DNA of 64,000 bases from Balanoglossus misakiensis (lineage: Eukaryota; Animalia; Hemichordata), in the NCBI GenBank assembly GCA_040954595.2, contig CM082592.2, forward strand, positions 5,038,735 to 5,102,734. The letters are read 5' to 3'. Numbering within the stretch: position 1 is the first letter of the stretch; every line of letters begins with the position of its first letter. The notes beneath the pieces were generated by a model. It was given only the letters and a program-made list of their open reading frames with translations. It did not search any database and was not told where the DNA came from. This document shows, piece after piece, positions 1-13,407 of the stretch. The position numbers and the translations under genes are program-made.

Positions 1-125
1 GAGTAGAGGATACAGAAGGTCTGATATCGCCATATTTATCGTCAGTAAGTCAAAACTGTTCAGCGAACGACGATTTTTGAAATATACCAATAAGACTAGT
101 CCATTTGCAAGGATCGAGAGTATAG
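1..125 (-). CDS. Opsin-like class A GPCR, exon 2 (TM1-TM2; runs off the window start)
   Basis: Minus strand ttttatatttaaAG acceptor, then (a)CT + ILSILANGLVLLVYFKNRRSLNSFDLLTINMAISDLLYPLL: TM1 Asn and TM2 N-x-A-x-x-D motif of rhodopsin-family receptors; phase 1 matches exon 1. Confidence 0.85.
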
Positions 126-897
126 CTTTAAATATAAAAAAAGAATCAAGTTCGGATTAAAGCGACACGAGTTTTATGTTGGGGGCAGGGGGGAAGACGT
201 CTACGATTAGATTCCATCCATGAATCTAGGCCTACTTCTGTCAATCCCGAATTTGCATGAGCGTATACACTGTATTCAAGTCTGGACATGAATGCGTTCA
301 TAAACGATTATAATGATCCTAAATCCTAGGCCTAAAAAAATTGACGAGCAGAAAACTGGGTGTGATGAGCTGCTGTGCGGGGGTGAACACGAAAATATAT
401 GTGATAAACAGAATAATATTCTGGGGGAAAAATAGCCAGACGTTACAGATATTGGCCCTTATGTGTCGTAGGAAATGGTCGCCTCAGGAAATCTTATATT
501 TCGACTTGAACATTTTCTTAGCAACAAGAGCAGCCGGATTTGCGTCCAGTTCTGAACTATGAATAAGCGGGAAACGGTCAGTGACAAGGCGAAATGGGCT
601 TCTTGATCTGATATTTAACGTCAGGCTATATACAAGCAGCGGCTAAGAGGTTTCTAGTCAAAGCACCGGAGGAGTAAAAAAACAACAACGGATCGCTTAG
701 AAAATGACCCAACGGTGAAACGATCCCGTTTGGAACTTTGCCAGTGTAATAAAAGAACCATCGCGCACGTTGAACCAGAAACCCGTAATGGTGGTTTTCT
801 TACTATACTGCAAATCATTAGGCCAAGCGCGCATTCGTGATTGCACATACATACATGGTGAATGAATTGCCATCGAGTTTCTCCGGCGGAACCTTAA

Positions 898-1241
898 AGG
901 GACAAAGTCTCTCTCTCGCTGCCCTTTCCATTAATTATGTTTGATACACTGTTTATGTTATTCTACATGTGGATATATAGGGAATCAACGTTCGACAACA
1001 CACAACTTTCATCCCACTTGTATGATATGAGACTAAAAACTCGCCCAAAATGAATAAATGGTAAACACAGATTATTCATTTTGGCGAGTTTTTCACTCTC
1101 GTGTCTACAAGTGGGATGGAAGTTGTGTGTGGTTGAACATTGATTCACTTAATATATCCACATGTAGAATAACATAAAGAGTGTCTTGTATCAAACATAA
1201 TTCATGTAAAAAGGGCAGAGAGAGAGAGAGACTTTGTCCCT
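898..1241. mobile_element. Foldback MITE, TTAA-flanked with AGGG termini (Kolobok/T2-MITE type)
   Basis: TTAA(894-897)AGGGACAAAGTCTCTCTC ... GAGAGAGACTTTGTCCCT TTAA(1242-1245); nearly the whole 344 bp is an imperfect palindrome centred near 1065-1070; lies in GPCR intron 1. Confidence 0.85.
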
Positions 1242-2336
1242 TTAACTGAATAGCGCAAAAGGGTACTTTTATCAAGGCGGCAGGTGAAGCGGTGGGGACA
1301 ACGGACAAATTGGCTGATTCACATCCTATATGATTGAGGGATAAATGCAACATCGTTATCCGCATAGACCTCTATAGCAATTGCCCGTTCTATAAAGCAC
1401 ATCTGCGTCGCGACTTCCTTCCCTGTTAATCAGGTATTAAATGAATACCGTTCACCATCGAAATTTCATGACACTGAAGAAGTTACTGATGCCTGTCTCT
1501 CTCTCTCTCAATGCGTGGCGCGTGAGCTAGCCCGTTCAGCTAACGTTTTGGAATGTTTAAGGACTTGCAATCAGTAAAATTGAAAATATCGTCATAGATT
1601 TTTGGTTTCCCATTTGTAGGCATAATAAAAATATGTAATAAAATGAGTACATATGTGGAGGTGGTGAAAAGCAACCGTGCCTTATGGGGGCTATGACAGC
1701 AGTCTCAGACGGGACTATACCCCTCTTCACTATAGTATGAAAATGACATTTGCTATGACGTTACATGAAATTTGTGGATGGAAAACTGCTCGAAAACTTT
1801 AACAAAGGTTTGGATTATTTCTTAAAAATGTCGTCGAAATGTTGGTGATTTAGAAAAGAGGCGAGGCGCGTATGTCATTGCAATGTTTTTGTAAAATTGA
1901 CCTATAATTTCTGTGTTTAATTGCGGTTGTCCAAATTGAAATACTCAATGATGATTGGTTGGCGTGCGGCGGAGTCAAGATGATGAAAGGGGGAATATTC
2001 AAAAGTTTGTGTATTACTGTGACGTCGGAATTGGCATAAAAATGACGGTGCTGTCAAGTCTCATTGGTGTACGCGCCATGTGATGGATAATTGGTTTGGT
2101 CGCTTGCAAAAAGTCGCGGATTTTACAAACCAGTACATTCCCAAGGACGTTTCGTTTTCTATGGTCGTCTGCAGCCAATCGCCCCAGAAAAATGCTGGTG
2201 ACGTTGCTGTATCTTTGCTATGAGCCATGGCTGGGTGTGACAAAACGCGTGTCGCGGGGAAAAGGCAATATAGTCACAAAGAATCAGTGCAGAGAAACTG
2301 GTTCAGAGTTTGTTTTTTAAAAAAATGTACACTCAC

Positions 2337-2475
2337 TTGATGAGAGAATTGCAGTTCCTATCAAGATGTCGGATGTCGGCGATAACGTCGACAGGAAACC
2401 GTCTGGATTCTTCTCTCCAATATCTGTTGGTAGTTGCTCGGTGGCGACAAGAGCGGGAGCGCCGCTTGTGTACAT
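2337..2475 (-). CDS. Opsin-like class A GPCR, exon 1 (resembles group-4 opsins: neuropsin/Go-opsin/peropsin)
   Basis: ATG at 2475, MYTSGAPALVATEQLPTDIGEKNPDGFLSTLSPTSDILIGTAILSS + 1 nt, then GTGAGT donor (2336-2331). Resembles the OPN5 N-terminus (DPFASKLSWEADLVAGFYLTIIG) with the same phase-1 intron inside TM1. Confidence 0.8.
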
Positions 2476-5400
2476 CTCGCGAACCCGGCGTACTGTCAAA
2501 TTAGTAGAATCACCCGGGAACGCGTTGGCAGCGCAGACAGAACTATACGTACATCATCTTCATAATATATTCAAACCAAACAACGAGCAAACAAACAAAC
2601 AAGCAAGCAAGAAGCAAAAAAAAAAAAATGAACGAATCCATTGGACGAACGACCACGCGCATATCGTTCGTACTAACCACTTTGAAGGGACTGCGCAGAG
2701 CAAATCTATTTTCTAATTATAGTGCAGTATAGTTCATGGACACAGCATGCATCGGATGCTATAATATAACAAGGCCGGTCGCGATTCACTCATATCATTG
2801 CGCATTAGGCCCTTAACCAGATTCTCGGAATTCTCCGGGCTTTAATAACTAAACGATGCACAATCTACTTCCGAGGATATAGATGATATTTTCCGCTGCG
2901 AAATAAGACGAGAAACGGGAAGTTGAAATTCATACCTCGCTCTTTATTCGGATTGTAAAATCTCTCGTTTGTTTGAAAAAAAATATATATTCTATAACTA
3001 CAGTGACTTTTAACCATTCGCTATGTATGTTGGATTGCAAAATCGAATTTGTTGTGCAAATATATTTTCTAACTACACTGTATTTCTGGAATACCATGGA
3101 AAAATAGGGATTTCGTAGCGAAGAGAGTAGTCACCGCAGACGAAGTCGGGGGATTTTCGCCTGGCCTTTAAAAATAAAGACAACGATGATAAAATGACGA
3201 CACTACTAAACACATATTAAACAGATTATAAGCAGTCCGAACAGAGCATTCCCCCTGAAAACTAGCATACTTTCACAGTCTTATAATTAAGAATAAGAAT
3301 GCTCATATCTTCACGCATTTTAATCCACCCACCATGTCTTCCAAAGTTGTTCAATCCTTCAATCAAACGGGGACTGTGTCATTGACAATGACTTGCTCTC
3401 TTGGCAAATGGCGAAGTGGGCGATTTTTTTTGCATAGTTAAGAAATATTGCCAATTGTTATGTGACAGCTCCCGTTAATTAGAATTGTGCCCACGCTAGG
3501 TTGTCGAGAGTAAATCCTGAGGCTATCTCATGTCTGGTAACCAAGGTAGCAGGCTATTCTTCGATATCAAATGACGTCAGACGCGCTCAGGCGGCAGTTA
3601 CATTCGCATTCAAATTTCCAGATGACGGGCAACTTCAGCAACGTGGTGCAGACAAAGACTGTGCAGACTAAACTCCATGAGGCTGATACGGCACCATGTC
3701 TGGCGGTTTTAAAGTAAAAACATACTCGGAAAAACTTTTACTGGATGCCGAAATATTGCTTGCCCGTCACCTGGAAATGACAACGCCGTTGGTCACATGG
3801 CCAGATCACGTGATTGATAGTAAAGAATTGTCACAGAGTACGCGGTAGCGAGTCACGTTCATTGCTGAAAAAAACACATGCGTGTATGGTAGCGAGTGTT
3901 TCTAAGTTGGGTGCAAACAATTTTAGTTGTGCTAAATTGAGAAGCCCATTCATAGTAACACTGTCACTGACAGGTGGAAAGCATACTGCATGGCCTTCTC
4001 CTTTAGACGATGATGCAAAGTAGAATCCTTTTTAGGCTTTTAATAAAGGCAGATGGTTTAGCTTTGGCCGTCGTGTTGCATTTGACTCTACATAACTACA
4101 CCCGCGAAAAATGTATGGGTCAGACAAATTCGAATATCAAGTCCCAATTAAACAAGTAGACCTTCGTTGTGTTCTTTGCTTGGAGATTTTATTGTCCTTC
4201 GTTCTATTTTATCGAGTTATTTGTGTCCTTTGTCTTATTTTGTCACCACTCGACAATTCCTGATATTTTTCATACTCTGACATGTGATATTTTTACACCC
4301 TGGCTACTTCTGAAGTTCGATGACCCCAGCCTGGCCGCTCCAGATTCATATTATTTTAAAAAAATGATTTCTTATGTAGCGTATTACATAAAATATCCCA
4401 ATGCGAGTAAGTAACAATTCCAGATCCATACTCGGTTTTATTTTGATCACGTGATTTCAGGTGGCCATGATAACTTGCAGATTTGATTAGCAGTCACTGC
4501 ATTTGCCTTGATATGTTAATGATTTATATGCATAAAAGAGGGAAATATAATTGGACCATTGAGGGTATATACTCGACAAAAATAAATGCGGGTCGGCAAA
4601 AACAGATCACATAACATAGATTGGTGTAATTTCATATGATCACTATCCCAGATCTGACAGCACAACGACATTAAAGTTCGCCGGGAAAGTTAGTGGAAAT
4701 CAAAATCCGGCGGGAAAACCTCCTTTGCTGTTGTTTCTGTATATGGCCTGTACTACTCCAAAATAACTGGAGCTTTCAAGTTGGTGACCGTAGTTTTGCA
4801 GGCCGGAAATGTATTCCTGCAGGGGAGAACAACAGAACGATGATAATTTGGTGCTTATCGGAAGTATGTCCAAATGAAAAGCGACTCGTTGGATATAGGG
4901 ATTTTAATCCAGTCCGTATGTGCACTGTTATTGTACTGTCACCAATTTTGACAGCCAATCGTGTGTGCGCCCTCATAAGGACATGGACACCGTTTCTTTT
5001 TTTACTGTTAACTACGCGAATCGTGCCCCAGGGCAGGCTCTGCGGTCGCTATAAATAATTACATTTCCGACACGCATTGTTGCATTTAATCGAACAGCAC
5101 CTGCGAGCCCGTGGGGCCAATTGCGGTGCCTGTACTTTCAGGTCAATGGTTGGGGAGTCAACATTTCGCTTGGAGCGATTATCGAAAAACGCCAACAGAG
5201 CATCGATCGGAAGCGTATCACTTAAAAAGGCGGCGCACAAATAATTTTGCTAATTATAAGATTTTCGATTCTCGATTATCGAGGCTTTATAGAAAATTGA
5301 CAAACTGGTATAAAACACTACGCCGCGGGAAAATATGTTATACATATGTAATATCAAAGAATAACGTAGTTGAAGATTGCGACGCGTGATATATTATACT

Positions 5401-6461
5401 TACTTATAATAAGTTATTTCGGTCTTTTTACCGTTACCCCCCCCCCCCCTCCCCCGAATAGCCAGAGAGTGAGCGAGTGAGAAGTGAGCGAGTGAGAAGT
5501 GAGTGAGCTAGCGAGCGAGTGCCAGGAAATGGAGAAATTTGCATCGACAATGCTTTCATCGAAAAATCATGTTGACAAACGCTCACAAATAGCTAATTTA
5601 GGAATGAGCAGATCGTCTTTCGCGAAATAGCGCAAGCGCGTTCGCAATACGCCGCATTATTTAGTCTCACACAATATGTGTCCTATAGATGAGACCGTGA
5701 TGTTTGTTCTCCTGGTGGGGGTATTTTTTTTTTAAAACTATGGTTTAACATCACGTGACCGGTACTTCTGCGGGGCATCATTGTGTTTGTTTTATCGCAT
5801 GATGGCATCCACCTGCGCAGACGCCATATAGTTTTGTACTACGCAATCCCCTGAAAATAAATGAACTTTTTCCGAGACGATCCGCTCCGCAATTGGTTCA
5901 CCAGGAGTGACAGTTACGTGTGGCGCCCTTGTCAACCGATCAAATCATTCCTTTAATAATAAACGAGAAATGAATTAATGCATTATATACTGAAATTAGG
6001 TTAATTAGCTTGCGACTTTTAAAGTTCAAATCTTATGCTTGCACTTTCCTTTTTTTAATACATGTAATCCCGCCTGCTTGTTACATTAGTCATTGAAATT
6101 AACTTTTTCGTGTATATTTGTCTCGTCACAAAACACTGCATGAGGCTTACTGAATTCTATTCGCGAGAGGGACGTCAGAACCACGTGACTCGTTCACTGT
6201 TTACAAATGTCCTAGAGGCGATGTCGCTTTTATAGTGCGCTCGTAAAATATGCATTGACATCAAATATTAACTAATACAATTAGCCCTGTACTTTGTGGT
6301 CAGGTCGTACCGAAACATTTTATCGTGAAATAATGACACGCTAAAAACTTTTACTTCCGGAGATATTTTAATGCCAAATTCAGAAGCTATACTTTCATCA
6401 AACATCAGTACATGTATTGTATTTACGCATTTTGCCAATTTTATCCATGTCATTATTGTAT

Positions 6462-6573
<112 letters not shown>

Positions 6574-7088
6574 ACGAGATCGAAACTTTGCTAGATTACT
6601 AGAAAAATTGGCGTGACTGGGTTTGTTGATATTGTTAATATGCTTTAAAAGCGTTTTTTGAACACAGGAAGCCGTTGGAATATGCCATCGTGCATAAATG
6701 AATTTTATCAACGGTATTGTTTATTACTGAAGTGAAACTCAATCGCAGTGATATCGATGACAACACAGCGACACGTTCCGCCAAGTTGCGTGCAAGGACG
6801 CCCCATAAATTGACACATCAACACGTCTCACTTGAAAGTACAATGACACAATGATAACCAACAGCAGGCAGACACAGCACAGATCATATTTGCGATGAGA
6901 ACAGAGCAACCGTGACATGTCAGCGAGCTGGTTGATCGAGTGCTAGGATTTGGTCCGAGTAGGAAACGCGGGGGTCTGACAAATGCGACGCGTGGAGACG
7001 TACCGAACGACTCCGGTGTGGTAGAAACATCACACTACTTGCCGAATTAGATAGCAGCCCGTCCCGTCCCGGTTTACCTTTTTATTAA

Positions 7089-7198
7089 GGGAGTTTTCAG
7101 CTATTATGAGAAGGTGGGCCGGGGGGAAATGGTGAAGGGTCGTATTTTACATGATTCACCGTCCCCGGCCCACCCCCTCATAATAACTGAAAGCTCCC
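7089..7198. mobile_element. 110-bp hairpin MITE, PIF/Harbinger-like
   Basis: GGGAGTTTTCAGCTATTATGAGAAGGTGGGCCGGGG is the near reverse complement of CCCCGGCCCACCCCCTCATAATAACTGAAAGCTCCC; flanks TAA / TCA resemble a degenerate 3-bp TSD. Confidence 0.7.
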
Positions 7199-9181
7199 TC
7201 AGCTATTCGTGGCAGGGAGGTAGTAATCGAGTACCAGGGTTCGTTTTTCATTCGAGGTTGGTTGCAAATTGGTTTATAATGGGAAAGGGCCAGCAAACAC
7301 GAGAAACGTCTACACACACCAAAGATATGACCCAATCGATATATCGGAGGAACTGGTGAGAACGGTAACACTCACGTGTGTTTATCAGCGGCCGGCAAGT
7401 TGACCACAGCACGTGACGCAGTTCCCACAATTAAGTACTCAATGTATTCAAATAACCAGTACAGCAGTATTGTACTATTTTATTCCAGGAAATTGACATT
7501 TTTACACAACTTTGAGTCTATGTCGTGGCTATGACTGCAAGGTTGGACAATCGCTAATCAGAGATACCTTTACATCTGTGTATTTAAGTTTTATTGTTAA
7601 TTGTAATATGTTCGTCCAATTCTCAGCTAACCACGTCATCCTACATGATTTTAAGTTAATCAATACGTCAAATGTACTCTGCAATAGTATATATAGGTGT
7701 TGGAAAACATTTCCTATCATGAAGCCATCTGCTGAGCTCATCATAGGTTTTTTTTCACTGTATCTGCTACCTGTTTCGGTGAGTATTTCAGTCAGCGAGA
7801 ATGATTGGGAGATGGGTATTGCAATGACAATGGTTTATTTTACAGCGCTCGTACGTACATCCTGAATGACTAGACTGTCGTCTTTGTTTGAATTTTGCAT
7901 TTTTCTAAAGTCAACAATAACTGTAGATATGTTTTCGCAATTTAATTCAAACGCAGTCAGGACCGTTATCGATTGAAATAATGGCGGCCTGTTCAAATTG
8001 ACCTTTCGCCCACACTGCTGCGTGTACGTAGCCACTCGTTGCATCACGCTGTGTACACACTAAACACGGTCAGAAATCATTTGGGATAATTGGATTCGTG
8101 AAAGGTTGGCTATGTATACATGGCATGACAACAATAGAGGCTGGACGAATATTTTTAGCAATGAATGTTTTTCCCCTCATGTAGTATCATTATATTAATT
8201 AATGCCAAATTAGTTTGCTACTGACTTTATCGGATCGCTCTTCCAAGATCAAATGACCACGGCAATTACAGTTAAATTAGTGGTTGATAGAATGTTGAAG
8301 AACGCAATTTCTTGTCATTGGCATTGGGTGTGAGGGTGTGTATCGGATGCACGCACGTCCATTATCGTGATAACAGGCGTTTCGAATTTACAGAGATGCT
8401 GACGCAAAGAGGCAGATTCAACCGACCTGGTCGATTAGAATTAATCAGTACCAGCTGAAATAACCCAACATTAAGACTTTACTACGATTCTTTATATACC
8501 ACATTTATTCGGTCATTCGTGTGGTATTATACTGTACCACAAATACACTCCCTTGCCTTGCTGTTTTTGTAAGTTCCTATAACTTATTTGTCAACTCCTC
8601 CAACTTGACTTTTATTTGGAGCATCGGTTGGAAAAGGGCAAAAGACATCGGTTTATGGATGATCTATGCACCCGTTGCTGTGGTAATTGACCAAGTCTCG
8701 CGAGATCTGGCAATGACCGGAAAATCAACTTTTTTCATGAAATGTTAGTTGCCAGACTGGGAGACCTACCAATGCTGAGTGTACAGTGACATAGTTTACC
8801 GGACATTACACGTACGCCATTCGATGTAATTATAGATCTCCAAGCGTTGCTAGAATAAAACTGTAACGACCGGTCGTCAAGAATGTAAACTGCCAAACAT
8901 AGAACAAACGTGACTGGAAACGTCAGGAGGTGGTGACTTTGTCAGACACCAAAGCCGTTATCTGTTGACATGACAGGCTGGCTTAAATAACTGTTTTGTT
9001 GTCTTCCCATAGAAAGACCGTAATCGTCGGTTCTAGATTTTCGATATTCTTCATCTCGCCCTACTTCTATTTCTGTTGTCTTTGACGAACTTGGCGTATT
9101 CATTTCCATATCCACTTCATGTACAGACACCTAAATTGTTCCGCAGAAATCTTTGAGTACATATTATACATGTAACTGTAT

Positions 9182-9241
9182 TACCACCACCACCAACATC
9201 ATTATCAACAACATAAACAACACAATGTCACCATCACCATC

Positions 9242-9318
<77 letters not shown>

Positions 9319-9421
9319 TACCACCACCACCACCACCATCATCATCAGCAACAACAACACCAACACAATATCATCATCGTCATCACCATCACCACCACCA
9401 CCACCATCTAATCATCACCAT
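9182..9421. repeat. Compound CAC/CAT/CAA microsatellite
   Basis: Runs of CAT, CAC and CAA; explains the poly-S/P/H ORF 9153-9467. Confidence 0.92.
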
Positions 9422-10329
9422 AAACATCGTGCAGATCAAGACGAAGGGCAGGGTTGCCGTTAATTAGATGCCGAGACGGGTGAACTCAAGAGATAAAGGG
9501 GAACAAAGCCGATAGAGGTTGCAGGTGTTTACTGCTTTTTGTGCGCTAAGGCGTTAACACAACAACTGCATGCTTGTGAAGCAATTCTCCCGTGTTTATT
9601 CGTGCTGTTGATTCGCTCCCTCTCCTCCGACGGAATGTTGTAACCCGCCCTTAATCCGTTGTCCGCTCGGTCCATCGGGGGTATTGTCCGCGCTGACAGA
9701 CACACGTTTGAGAAACACGGTGACATCTCAGTGTGGGGCTTTGTAAATAGGCAGGGAAAAATTGAACTCAAGCCCCGTATTGATGGAGGGTGGGTTAGTT
9801 AAACAATGAAATCTGTGCTTGCATACGCAGAAAAAAAACACCAGTCCAAACGGATGATAATTATGAGGCGAGATAACACTATCTTCACTTTATTTTTCGA
9901 TACATATCAGAACAATGTAAAAAGACTGCAATATCTTTGTCACATTCACACAATGACAAGTGTTTATTTTGTCCTGTTTGACATAACAAAGAGCATTGTT
10001 CAATACTGACAATGGTCCAGTATTGAGTAAACCAACATTTACCTCCCATTGTGTCAATGAAACTATTTTACCACTTACTCTATATTCGTTTTTTTTTACA
10101 CAGAGGTCTGGGCCGAGACATTGTTTGGTGCAAAAGTGAATCAATGAAATGGACAGCTTTCTCTCTCAGTGTTATGTGAAGCCTCTTAATTTAAATTTAC
10201 ACATGCTGTCACTTGAGCCTTAATTGGCATTACTGAAATAACCCTCTCACACTGGTGATTATTTTTACTCGGCAAGATTTGCGTGTTATTTTCTCAGAGA
10301 AAGATCTTCCTAATTAGACATTCTTGCCA

Positions 10330-10372
<43 letters not shown>
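10330..10372. repeat. (TGTC)n microsatellite
   Basis: About 10 TGTC units. Confidence 0.95.
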
Positions 10373-11382
10373 AGTATATTCCAAAAGATGGAATTTCTAT
10401 CAATGATCTAGCAAACCATTTTCTCGAAAGTTAAGAACAGCTGTTACACATACTAATTTTCGAACAGACCAGAGCTAACTGCTCATTGGATTATCTGCCT
10501 TTGCCGTTGGAGTGACATTGTCGTTTTGGAAACACGTCACTGGCGGTGTTCAAAGACGTGTGTAGCCCCCCCCCCCCACTGCGTTTATTAGGCAATCGTT
10601 TATAATTGGGACACAGTGCAACCACCTTTTACATCCCATAGGTAGGCAAAACCGTCAGTACTTGCGACCTCTTTGTTGGCCGCCGTCCAATCGACCACCG
10701 CAACGAATACCACACGTTTCCCCCCTTTCAACCGCCCTGTCTTCGCTCCACTAACTTCTTTATTTCGGTATTTTAGCCTAAATTTACACTGCATTACCTG
10801 AACGAGTACACCAATTTGATGTTATCATCTTCATAGTGGGAAGACGCGACTGGCGTTTCCTTGGTTACGTTTGTAAACTTTAACACGCAGATGTGAGCGC
10901 AAGCCTTGGCGGTCTGACGCCCCCCGACGGAGCGAATGGTTTGGTCCACTTTCTACTCTATTATACGTTGGTGCATTCCGAGTTTTCTGTGTGTACACAT
11001 GCACTTGTCGGGCGGTTGAATGTTCACGGGGTACCGTGGTGTGTGTCGAATGACATTTCGTTGTGCTGGCTCGACAAAAACGGAACTTAACGGAGAGGGT
11101 GATATCGGACGCACTGGTCTTCACCGGTTACTTCAAGCGAGGTGCACCGGACACTGTATCGCTAGTGACAGAATCTCGGAAATGTGCGTTCCTCGGTCGC
11201 CAACAGCTGTTGCGGACGACAATTTCAAACGGCGAGCGTAACCGTGTTCGATCAGTCGAGACAAATCCGTTCAGTGCCAAGCGTGAACGCCGGACAACTG
11301 GGCGCTGAATGCACTTGTTTAAGTGAAAGTACTGTGTGTGTGTGTGTTCTTCAGGCGGCCGGGGAGTTGAAGCAGTTACACG

Positions 11383-11473
11383 ATGCACCGAGCACCGCGA
11401 ACGACGATTTCGAAATCGTCAACGACGATTCTGTTTGTTGCCCTGCTGCTGTTACAACACAAGAGTTTACAAG
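11383..11473 (+). CDS. Putative alternative first (signal-peptide) exon of nAChR gene 1
   Basis: ATG 11383, MHRAPRTTISKSSTTILFVALLLLQHKSLQ + G, then AAG|GTAATC donor; basic n-region and hydrophobic h-region; phase 1 fits exon 36182 (gt tgc cat = G-C-H); ends a CpG-rich ~0.7 kb region. Confidence 0.6.
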
Positions 11474-13125
11474 GTAATCAATACATAGCTTTATTCCGCT
11501 TTTCCGTTTTATTTAAAACCCATTCTTCGATTTTCTGTGTTTTGTAATGTCGCGCTCGCTGCCAGAATGCGCTAATTCGATTCGGGGAGTGCCTGCCACC
11601 TATTTAAACCAAGCCACTTGACTTTACGGCAGATGGTGTCTGCGATCTCTGCGAATTAACATGTTAACTGCCAGACAGATTTCTAATTGTTTATCATGTT
11701 CGAGAAAAATGGCTGATCCACGAGTCTGTCACCTGATATCCCGATGACCGTCCATCCCCGCTTTTATTCCCGACTCCCGTGCCCTTCGGGTCGGCACAAT
11801 ACCGTAATCCGCTTACACTGACGTCACACGTCACGATGTGTTTATTCTCCCCCGTCTTGGTGTTTTGTCCTCCGCGGACAGTGATGAACTTCATTCCCAG
11901 CGACGCTGTACTTTTTTTTCAATTAACTAACCCAGTCACCTAAAAACTAGACAGCACAGTGTCTGGTCGTATCGGCGTTCAGCTCTATCCAAAACTGACA
12001 GTGGGGTCCATGGGCTATACACGTTAAACAACTCTGACTTCAGCTTGCTAAATCCCGTCATTTAATTCGCCTTAGCTTACAACCACAACCACTTTAATGC
12101 GATTATACACTGATGAATTTATCCCCTTTTGTTGAAAAAAAATCCAGTGTTTTATTCGCCCTGAAACGTTCACTGCTTGACGTCGTCGAGCACTAGAAGA
12201 ACGGCCATTAATCACCGTGAATTATTATTCACTCAGTTAATATTAAACACTGCAAAGTTTACTGAGACCGTCGTACATTTTAGAAGCAAAGCAAACACTC
12301 TCCAGACTAATGTATATTCCACTAAATTCCCCAGTCGAAATGTACATTGGTAATTTGCATAGACGTGAATTAATCAGTAAACATGCTCTGCGCCATTGCA
12401 TTGGTAGGCTTGCTCTCAGACAGATCCTTCAGCGGATCTCTGTGACTGAAATTGAATTCAATTAGACATATAACTCGGAGCGTTCATCCGAATCCCACGT
12501 TCCTTGTTTAAAATAAACAGTTCGAAGAGATTTCATTATTAACGGGACGCTCCACTCGTGTGCGGTGGAAAACACGGAGCACATAGGCATCGCAAGCATC
12601 CCAAACACGCATCTGGGTCCATATCGCGTCTTATAAAAAAACAGGCAAATACAGCATACATTGTGAGGCCGTATCTGACGGCTGTTATGACCTCCATTTT
12701 TGTTCTGAACAGATTTGAACGGACGGTGTGCCGTCCCCCCCCTCACGTAGTTAATAAAATTGTAGCCGTGCTGCGGTGATGGATTATTTGTAGAATAACG
12801 GCTGACAAGTGTGGACAGGTGCGGAAATTGAAGCGATTTCTAGTGCGCCTGTCCCCCGTCACAGCGGATCGGCTCTCCTCCCTGCATACCAATTAACGCC
12901 GGGATCCTCAGTCGCAAGAAGGTCACGTCCTATTTTCCAAATAAACTTTTTATCGCCCGGCAGTTAGTGTTTCTTGTCATAATTGGGAAGACAAATAAGT
13001 CGGGATGTTATCGCCGCGCTGGATCATCGACAGAATCGCGGAGGAGACAGTGGAAGGATATCCGAGACCTGGGTGGGAGGGAGCGGAGGGAGGGTGGGTA
13101 GTGTGCGCTGGTGAGGGGGGCGGGG

Positions 13126-13407
13126 CCGGGTAGGCGTCCCTTAGAAAGATGCATGTACGGGTATGTGCCAAACAAAAAATCCCAAAATATCAGTCGACTT
13201 TTTATCGAAGAAAACAACCTAAATATGGGTCGATAACATATGCTGGAAATGCATTTTGAAAACCTTCGCATGCAGTTTACGATAAATGACTCTCAGATAT
13301 CCCAAATTTTGACTAAAAATGCTTCAATTTTTGTAGTATACATGGGTTGATGTTTTGAACTTCGGCCGCGCACCCCCGTGTAAAAATAGCAGGAGTACCC
13401 CCCGGGG
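13126..13407. mobile_element. Degenerate non-autonomous DNA transposon fragment
   Basis: Ends ...GCACCCCCGTG...GGAGTACCCCCCGGG, a terminus style common in marine-invertebrate MITEs; left TIR only partly recognisable. Confidence 0.4.

Noticed and set aside
8942-9130. Minus-strand ORF after a TAG acceptor that looks like a terminal exon
   Set aside because: Weak pyrimidine tract, no motif and no phase-compatible upstream coding exon found.
10831-11388. Two in-frame minus-strand ORFs separated by one stop
   Set aside because: No recognisable protein features; explained by GC-rich promoter/5' UTR composition.
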